Below are positions 54,680 through 64,000 of a stretch of DNA of 64,000 nucleotides, piece by piece. A program made the position numbers and the translations under genes. The notes below the pieces were generated by a model, which was given only the letters and a program-made list of their open reading frames with translations, had not been told where the DNA came from and searched no databases. Position 1 is the stretch's first letter, and the number at the start of each line of letters is the position of its first letter. Source of the stretch: Eledone cirrhosa (Eukaryota); NCBI GenBank assembly GCA_964016885.1, contig OZ024760.1:10602001-10666000 (forward strand), read 5' to 3'.

Positions 54680-54785
54680 TTAGATTTGGTATTCGTTTAG
54701 ATTCTCTACTTCGATTCTACTTAGGTTCGCTACTTCAATAACCATAGAACTGTTGCAATTGTTAGCACTGTCTTCTCCATAACAC
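54680..54785 (-). CDS. Candidate terminal coding exon of an unidentified upstream gene
   Basis: TGTTGTAG acceptor directly after a GGT/GAT tract. Unique sequence reading xCYGEDSANNCNSSMVIEVANLSRIEVENLNEYQI*. No recognisable domain. Confidence 0.3.
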
Positions 54786-54787
54786 CT

Positions 54788-55870
54788 ACAACATCACCAT
54801 CACCACCAACAGCAACATAAATAACATCAACAGTAATAGCAACAACACCACCACTAACATTACCACCACCACCACCACCACCAATAACACATCACCAACA
54901 TCACTATCACCACCACTACCACCAACATCACTATCACCACCACTACCAACATCACTATCACCACCACCACCACTACCACCAACATCACTACCACCACCAC
55001 CACTACCACCAACATCATTATCACTATCACCACCACCAACATCACTATCACCACCACCACCACTACCACCAACATCATTATCACTATCACCACCACCAAC
55101 ATCACTATCACCACCACCACCACTACCACCAACATAACCACCACCACCACCACCAACATCATTATCACTATCACCACCACCACCACTACCACCAACATCA
55201 TTATCACTATCACCACCACCAACATCACTATCAACACCACCACCACTACCACCAACATCACTTTCACCACCACCAACAATAGCAACATCAACAACACCAT
55301 CATCATCACCACCCAACATGAACACCACTACCACCAATAACACCATCACCACCACCACCACCACATCACTACTATCACCACCAACAACATCACCAACTTT
55401 ACCCACCACCACCACAACAACACTACCACCACCACAACATCACTACCACCACTGCAACAACACTACCACCACTACAACACCACCACCATCACTACCACAC
55501 CACCACCACTGCAACAACACTACCACCACTACAACACTACCATCACTACCACCACTACAACAACACTATCATCACCACCACCACCACATCACTACCACCA
55601 CTACAACATCACTACCACCACTGCAACAACACTACCACCACTACAACACTACAACACTACCACCACTACAACAACACTATCATCACTACAACTACATTAC
55701 CATCACCACCACCACCACATCACTACCACCACTACAACACCACCACCATCACTACCACCACTACAACAACACTACCGCCACTACTACAACACCACCTACA
55801 CTACAACAACACTACCACTACTACCCCACCACCACCACGACCACAACAACAACAACAACAACAACAACCA
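54788..55870. repeat. ACC/ACA/ATC trinucleotide-based low-complexity array
   Basis: Direct inspection. Confidence 0.92.
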
Positions 55871-55954
55871 AGCATTTTACAGATTTTATCTCAATAATCA
55901 CACACTGAAAAATTCCGCTTTCATATTTTTTTAATTACCACAAGATTGGATTGT

Positions 55955-58300
55955 GGGTGTATGTGTGTGTGTGGAGAGGTGTGTGTATGTGTGTGTGTGG
56001 AGAGGTGTGTGTATGTGTGTGTGGAGAGGTGTGTGTGTGTGGAGAGGTGTGTGTGTGTGTGTGTGTGTGGAGAGGTGTGTGTATGTGTGTGGAGAGGTGT
56101 GTGTATGTGTGTGGAGAGGTGTGTGTATGTGTGTGGAGAGGTGTGTAGGTGCGTGTGTGGAGAAGTGTGTAGGTGTGTGTGTGGAGAGGTGTGTGTATGT
56201 GTGTGTGGAGAGGGATGTGTATGTGTGTGTGGAGAGGTGTGTGTATGTGTGTGTGGAGAGGTGTGTGTATGTGTGTGTGGAGAGGGATGTGTATGTGTGT
56301 GTGGAGAGGTGTGTGTATGTGTGTGGAGAGGTGTGTGTATGTGTGTGGAGAGGTGTGTAGGTGTGTGTGTGGAGAGGTGTGTGTATGTGTGTGTGGAGAG
56401 GTGTGTGTATGTGTGTGTGGAGAGGTGTGTATATGTGTGTGGAGGGATGTGTGTGTGTGTGGAGAGGTGTGTGTGTATGTGTGTGTGGATAGGTGTGTGT
56501 ATGTGTGTGTGGATAGGTGTGTGTATGTGTGTGTGGAGAGGTGTGTGTATGTGTGTGTGGAGAGGTGTGTGTATGTGTGTGTGTGGAGAGGTGTGTGTAT
56601 GTGTGTGTGGAGAGGGATGTGTATGTGTGTGTGGAGAGGTGTGTGTATGTGTGTGGAGAGGTGTGTGTATGTGTGTGTGGAGAGGTGTGTGTGTGTGGAG
56701 AGGGATGTGTATGTGTGTGTGGAGAGGTATGTGTATGTGTGTGTGGAGAGGGATGTGTATGTGAAGTGAATGTGTGTGTGTGTGTGTGAGGTGTGATTGT
56801 GAGGTGTGATTGTGAGCGGTAGATAGGATGTGTGGTTTTATATATGGACATGTATGTTTAGTGTGCGTGAGGTGGATATGCATGTGTGTGTAGATATGTG
56901 TGTGAGTGTGTGTAGATGTGTGTGTGTGTGTGTGAATGTGTGTGTAGATGTGTGTGTGTGTGTGAATGTGTGTAGATGTGGATGTAATTATTTCCTGGCA
57001 TCATTAGATATTTCCCATAAATCATTTTGTCTATAAGGGGCAATAAATTATATAGTGTAGTGTAGTGTGGTGTGGTGTGGTGTAGTGTAGTGTGGTGTGG
57101 TGTAGTGTAGTGTGGTGGGGTGTAGTGTAGTGTGGTGGGGTGTAGTGTAGTGTGGTGTGGTGTAGTGTAGTGTGGTGTGGTGTAGTGTAGTGTGGTGTGG
57201 TGTAGTGTAGTGTGGTGTGGTGTAATATAGTGTGGTGGGGTGTAGTGTAGTGTGGTGTGGTGTGGTGTAGTGTGGTGTGGTGTAGTGTGGTGTGGTGTGG
57301 TGTAGTGTAGTGTGGTGTGGTGTAGTGTAGTGTGGTGGGGTGTAGTGTGGTGTAGTGTAGTGTGGTGTGGTGTAGTGTAGTGTGGTGGGGTGTAGTGTAG
57401 TGTGGTGTGGTGTAGTGTAGTGTGGTGTGGTGTAGTGTGGTGTGGTGTAGTGTGGTGTGGTGTAATGTAGTGTGGTGGGGTGTAGTGTAGTGTGGTGTGG
57501 TGTGGTGTAGTGTGGTGTGGTGTGGTGTAGTGTAGTGTGGTGGGGTGTAGTGTGGTGTGGTGTGGTGTAGTGTAGTGTGGTGTAGTGTGGTGTGGTGTAA
57601 TGTAGTGTGGTGGGGTGTAGTGTAGTGTGGTGTGGTGTAGTGTGGTGTGGTGTGGTGTAGTGTAGTGTGGTGGGGTGTAGTGTAGTGTGGTGTGGTGTAG
57701 TGTAGTGTGGTGTGGTGTAGTGTAGTGTGGTGTGGTGTAATGTAGTGTAGTGTGGTGTGGTGTGGTGTGGTGTAGTGTAGTGTAGTGTGGTGTGGTGTGC
57801 TGTAGTGTGGTGTAATGTAGTGTGGTGGGGTGTAGTGTAGTGTAGTGTGGTGTGCTGTAGTGTGGTGTAGTGTAGTGTAGTGTGGTGTGGCGTAGTGTGG
57901 TGTGGTGTAGTGTAGTGTGGTGTGGTGTAATGTAGTGTGGTGTGGTGTAGTGTAGTGTGGTGGGGTGTAGTGTAGTGTGGTGTAGAGTGGCGTGGTGTGC
58001 TGTAGTGTAGTGTAGTGTAGTGTAGTGTGGTGTAGTGCAGTGTGGTGTAGTGTAGTGTGGTGTGGTGTAGCATGGTGTAGTGTAGCGTGGTGTAGCATAG
58101 TGTAGTGTGGTGTGCTGTAGCATGGTGTAGTGTGGTGTAGCATGGTGTAGTGTAGTGTGGTGTGGTGTGGTGTAGCATGGTGTAGTGTAGTGTGGTGTGG
58201 TGTAGCATGGTGTAGTGTGGTGTAGCGTGGTATAGTGTAGTGTGGTATGGTGTGGTGTATCATGGTGTAGTGTAGCGTGGTATTGTAGCATCTTAGTGTA
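55955..58300. repeat. (GT)n-GGAGAG array (55955-56985) and GTGTA/GTGTG pentamer array (57052-58300)
   Basis: Direct inspection; these account for the HT-rich and CV-rich ORFs. Confidence 0.95.
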
Positions 58301-58312
58301 GTATTGAACACA

Positions 58313-58591
58313 GTTACATCAGCAGGCTCAATGTTTGGGTTCCCCATGAATTGAATGACGCCAACTTCACCCAACAGATTTCCATCTGCAATTCCTTGCT
58401 TAAATAGAAGGGTTCTTTGCCAGTAAAGACAGGAAATTCTTTCAACAGGGAATGATGGAACTACCTAGAAGATGCAGAAGGTACTGGAACAAAATAGCAA
58501 ATATATCATTGATTGAATAAATTGCTTTGGGTTTAAAACTGTGTCACATTTTCACTAAGAAAACCGAACTGACTTTTTGGCCAAGCCAGTA
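58313..58591 (+). mobile_element. Internally deleted mariner transposon remnant
   Basis: YISRLNVWVPHELNDANFTQQISICNSLLK (WVPHEL at 58336-58353) joined to C-terminal FFQQGMMELPRR.QKVLEQNSKYIID*, followed by a right TIR-like AAAACCGAACTGACTTTTTGGCCAAGCCAGTA. Confidence 0.85.
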
Positions 58592-58646
58592 TTATATATA
58601 ATTTATTCTTTATCATTAACATTTATATAAAAAAAATTATATTTTT

Positions 58647-59046
58647 TTAACCCTTTAGTGTTCAAGCTCTTTCTGTTGAAACTGGCTGTAACTGGTCGCT
58701 CAAACTGATGTTAAGGTATTGTTCTCAAAATAAATACTTTCAAAATCTCAGATTCGATATTATGTGAGATAATTATGCAAGGTAAAGCCTTTACCATGAA
58801 AATATAATAGTATATATAGAATAATTGTTTCTACGTTAGGCACAAGGCCAGCAATTACCCAGTGCATTACTGGTACTTTATTTTATCGACCCTGTAAGGA
58901 TGAAAGGCAAAGTCAACCTCGGCGGGATTTGAACTCAGATCGTAAAGGGACGTAACTATGCTGGAAAGCATGGCGTCCGACCCTCTACCGATACTGCCAA
59001 TCCACCGCCCTATATATATAGAATAATGTGAATGCTAAAGGGTTAA
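58647..59046. mobile_element. piggyBac-like MITE with nested SINE B
   Basis: TTAA|CCCTTTAG ... CTAAAGGG|TTAA. The insert is flanked by duplicated tatatatagaataat. Confidence 0.85.
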
Positions 59047-59519
59047 AGGAGGGCCTCGAATTTCATATAGCTTAGGGCCTCAGCAGGTGAAGTTAAGCTC
59101 TGTGCTCAAGGCTCCAGCCCTACCATGAAAAGACCCACTGCTGGACTAGATACTAGTCAGTTGTAAAGGTCAACCACACCACTACCATCCAGTTGTTGCT
59201 GGTATTTTCTGTTGAAAGAGCTGAAACAACAAATAATTGTTTCTACTTTTGGCACAAGGCTAGCAATTACCCAGTACATTACTGGTACTTTATTTTATCG
59301 ACCCCGTAAGGATGAAAGGCAAAGTTAACCTCGGCGGGATTTGAACTCAGAATGGCAAGGGCCGTAACTCTATGCGTCAAAGCATGGCGTCCGACCCTCT
59401 ACCGATAACATGTAATGAAGTGTCTTCTTCAAAAACGGAACAGGTCACCCCATATGAAACTCAAAGCACAGTGAAACCCTACCCCCAGGCAAACAGGTAG
59501 GCATTTAGCTGAGGGGTTA

Positions 59520-60543
59520 AAGAGTTCATTTCACAACCAAATGGTTGTGAGATATATCCCACTGAGTGACACCTTCAGCAAGTATCTTCTACTATAGCTT
59601 CAGGTCAATCAATACATAAAGAGTGGAATCTGGTAGACAGAAACTATAGGAAACCTATCATATACATATATATACCCCCCATGGGTACAAGCCGAAGCTG
59701 AAGCATATAGACAATATGCCCCCACACCCTCCCACTGCAAAGTGGTCGTGGAGGTGCCACAGCAAAAAAGCACCCACCTGACACGGTAAAGTGGACGTGT
59801 AGGCGCCACGGAAAAAAAAGCACCCAGCACTCACTGTAAATGAGGTTGGTGTTAGGAAGGGCATCCCAGCTGTAGAAATCAAGCCAGAATCAGTTCCCGT
59901 ATGAGCAAGACATGGTCAGCCAACCGGACACTGCCCACAACAGGACAACCTGTCTAACCCATGCTAGCATGGAAAAACGGATGTAAAACGGTGAAGATGA
60001 TGATGATGATGATGATGATATATGATAGGCTTCATGTCACAACAAAAAGCACCCTGCACACACTGTAAAGTGGTCGTGTAGGGGTCACGGCAAAAAGTAC
60101 CCAGCACACACTGTAAATGTGGTTGGCATTAGGAAGGGCATCCAGCTGTAGAAATCTAGCCAGAAACAATTCTGTATGAGCAAGACATGGTCATCTGACA
60201 TTGCCCACAACAGGACAACCTGTCTAACCCATGCTAGCATGGAAAAACGGATGTAAAACGGTGAAGATGATGATGATGATGATGATGATGATATATGATA
60301 GGCTTCATGTCACAACAAAAAGCACCCTGCACACACTGTAAAGTGGTCGTGTAGGGGTCACGGCAAAAAGTACCCAGCACACACTGTAAATGTGGTTGGC
60401 ATTAGGAAGGGCATCCAGCTGTAGAAATCTAGCCAGAAACAATTCTGTATGAGCAAGACATGGTCATCTGACATTGCCCACAACAGGACAACTCGTCTAA
60501 CCCATGCTAGCATGTAAAAATAGACGTAAAATGATGATGATGA
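59520..60543 (+). mobile_element. Composite SINE followed by two tandem ~270-bp SINE-tail copies
   Basis: Three successive ggaagggcatcc...(GAT)n tails. Confidence 0.8.
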
Positions 60544-60654
60544 CACACTTGTATATATAGAGTTCCAGAATATATATATTAGGGAGGTGGGGGATACATG
60601 ACAAAGACAATGGAAAGACTAATGTTCTCATCAACCTTTGGAAATCCCTATAGT

Positions 60655-63600
60655 CACTGAGCTACCACTACCACTACCACCACTACTACTGGCCACTGAG
60701 CTACCACTACCACTACCACCACTACTACTGGCCACTGAGCTACCACTACCACCACCACCACTACTACTGGCCAGTGAGCTACCACTACCACCACCACCAC
60801 TACTACTGGCCACTGAGCTACCACTACCACCACCACCACTACTACTGGCCACTGAGCTACCACTACCACCACCACCACTACTACTACTGGCCACTGAGCT
60901 ACCACTACCACTACCACCACTACTACTGGCCACTGAGCTACCACTACCACTACCACCACTACTACTGGCCACTGAGCTACCACTACCACTACCACCACTA
61001 CTACTGGCCACTGAGCTACCACCACCACCACTACTACTACTGGCCACTGAGCTACCACCACCACCACTACTACTACTGGCCACTGAGCTACCACTACCAC
61101 CACCACCACTACTACTGGCCACTGAGCTACCACCACCACCACTACTACTACTGGCCACTGAGCTACCACTACCACCACCACTACTACTACCGGCCACTGA
61201 GCTACCACTACCACCACCACCACTACTACTGGCCACTGAGCTACCACCACCACCACTACTACTACTACCGGCCACTGAGCTACCACTACCACCACCACCA
61301 CTACTACTGGCCACTGAGCTACCACCACCACCACTACTACTACTGGCCACTGAGCTACCACTACCACCACCACCACTACTACTGGCCACTGAGCTACCAC
61401 TACCACCACCACCACTACTACTACTGGCCACTGAGCTACCACTACCACCACCACCACTACTACTGGCCACTGAGCCACCACTACCACCACCACCACCACT
61501 ACCGGCCACTGAGCTACCACTACCACCACCACCACTACTACTGGCCACTGAGCTACCACTACCACCACCACCACCACTACTACTGGCCACTGAGCTACCA
61601 CTACCACCACCACCACTACTACTGGCCACTGAGCTACCACTACCACCACCACCACTACTACTGGCCACTGAGCTACCACTACCACCACCACCACCACTAC
61701 TACTGGCCAGTGAGCTACTACTACCACCACCACCACCACCACCACTACTGGCCACTGAGCTACCACTACCACCACCACCACTACTACTGGCCACTGAGCT
61801 ACCACTACCACCACCACCACTACTACTGGCCACTGAGCTACCACTACCACCACCACCACTACTACTGGCCACTGAGCTACCACTACCACCACCACCACTA
61901 CTACTGGCCACTGAGCTACCACTACCACCACCACCACTACTACTGGCCACTGAGCTACCACTACCACCACCACCACTACTACTGGCCACTGAGCTACCAC
62001 TACCACCACCACCACTACTACTACTACTGGCCACTGAGCTACCACTACCACCACCACCACTACTACTGGCCACTGAGCTACCACTACCACCACCACCACT
62101 ACTACTGGCCACTGAGCTACCACTACCACCACCACCACTACTACTGGCCACTGAGCTACCACTACCACCACCACCACTACTACCGGCCAGTGAGCTACCA
62201 CTACCACCACCACCACCACTACTGGCCACTGAGCTACCACTACCACCACCACCACTACTACTACTGGCCACTGAGCTACCACTACCACCACCACCACTAC
62301 TACTGGCCACTGAGCTACCACTACCACCACCACCACTACTACTGGCCACTGAGCTACCACTACCACCACCACCACTACTACTGGCCACTGAGCTACCACT
62401 ACCACCACTACCACCACCACCACTACTACTGGCCACTGAGCTACCACTACCACCACCACCACTACTACTGGCCACTGAGCTACCACTACCACCACCACCA
62501 CTACTACTGGCCACTGAGCTACCACTACCACCACCACCACTACTACTGGCCAGTGAGCTACCACTACCACCACCACCACCACTACTGGCCACTGAGCTAC
62601 CACTACCACCACCACCACTACTACTACTGGCCACTGAGCTACCACTACCACCACCACCACTACTACTGGCCACTGAGCTACCACTACCACCACCACCACT
62701 ACTACTGGCCACTGAGCTACCACTACCACCACCACCACTACTACTACTGGCCACTGAGCTACCACTACCACCACCACCACTACTACTGGCCACTGAGCTA
62801 CCACTACCACCACCACCACTACTACTACTGGCCACTGAGCTACCACTACCACCACCACCACCACTACTACTACTGGCCACTGAGCTACCACTACCACCAC
62901 CACCACTACTACTACTGGCCACTGAGCTACCACTACCACCACCACCACTACTACTGGCCACTGAGCTACCACTACCACCACCACCACCACTACTGGCCAC
63001 TGAGCTACCACTACCACCACCACCACTACTACTGGCCAGTGAGCTACCACTACCACCACCACCACTACTACTGGCCACTGAGCTACCACTACCACCACCA
63101 CCACTACTACTGGCCAGTGAGCTACCACTACCACCACCACCACTACTACTGGCCACTGAGCTACCACCACCACCACTACCACCACTACCACCACCACCAC
63201 TACCACCCAGTGAGCTACCACCACCACCACTACTACTGGCCACTGAGCTACCACTACCACCACCACCACTACCACCCAGTGAGCTACCACCACCACCACT
63301 ACTACTGGCCACTGAGCTACCACTACCACCACCACCACCACTACTACTGGCCACTGAGCTACCACTACCACCACCACCACCACTACTGGCCACTGAGCTA
63401 CCACTACCACCACCACCACTACTACTGGCCACTGAGCTACCACTACCACCACCACCACCACTACTACTGGCCACTGAGCTACCACTACCACCACCACCAC
63501 TACTACTGGCCACTGAGCTACCACTACCACCACCACCACCACTACTGGCCACTGAGCTACCACTACCACCACCACCACTACTACTGGCCACTGAGCTACC

Positions 63601-64000
63601 ACTACCACCACCACCACTACTACTGGCCACTGAGCTACCACTACCACCACCACCACTACTACTGGCCAGTGAGCTACCACTACCACCACCACCACTACTA
63701 CTGGCCACTGAGCTACCACTACCACCACCACCACTACTACTGGCCAGTGAGCTACCACTACCACCACCACCACTACTACTGGCCACTGAGCTACCACTAC
63801 CACCACCACCACTACTACTACTGGCCAGTGAGCTACCACTACCACCACTACCACTACTACTACTGGCCACTGAGCTACCACTACCACCACCACCACTACT
63901 ACTGGCCATTGAGCTACCACTACCACCACCACCACTACTACTGGCCACTGAGCTACCACTACCACCACCACCACTACTACTGGCCACTGAGCTACCACTA
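60655..64000. repeat. ~39-bp (36-45) trinucleotide-based satellite, over 3.3 kb, running off the window
   Basis: Unit ggccactgagctaccactaccaccaccaccactactact. Confidence 0.96.

Noticed and set aside
59120-59220. Minus-strand exon candidate after a TTTCAG acceptor
   Set aside because: The acceptor-like text appears to be part of an old SINE split by the younger SINE B at 59233; donors are weak and the frames stop.

Overview
Repeat-rich, intron-containing animal DNA. The SINE/MITE families and microsatellite load point to a coleoid cephalopod, probably an octopus (inference, no database search run). The one well-supported gene is a minus-strand USP44/USP49-type deubiquitinase: 11 exons between 35388 and 526 with GT-AG boundaries join into one continuous frame containing the Cys box ([16 protein letters not shown]), [20 protein letters not shown] and the His box (HHGKGFGSGHY). 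Its final exon(s) lie beyond position 1, and I found no N-terminal ZnF-UBP exons. The rest is tRNA-derived SINEs, RTE and CR1/L2-type LINE remnants, TTAA-flanked piggyBac-like MITEs, a Tigger-like MITE, a deleted mariner and many tandem arrays, including a 10.9 kb trinucleotide-based array in one intron. Nearly all long ORFs in the track are translations of these repeats. Best leads: a triplicated in-frame splice acceptor ahead of the catalytic-Cys exon, repeated conversion of transposon parts into minisatellites, a SINE insertion hotspot inside a MITE, a near-perfect 116 bp CpG-rich hairpin, and two orphan exon candidates. I see no evidence of a new multi-gene system.
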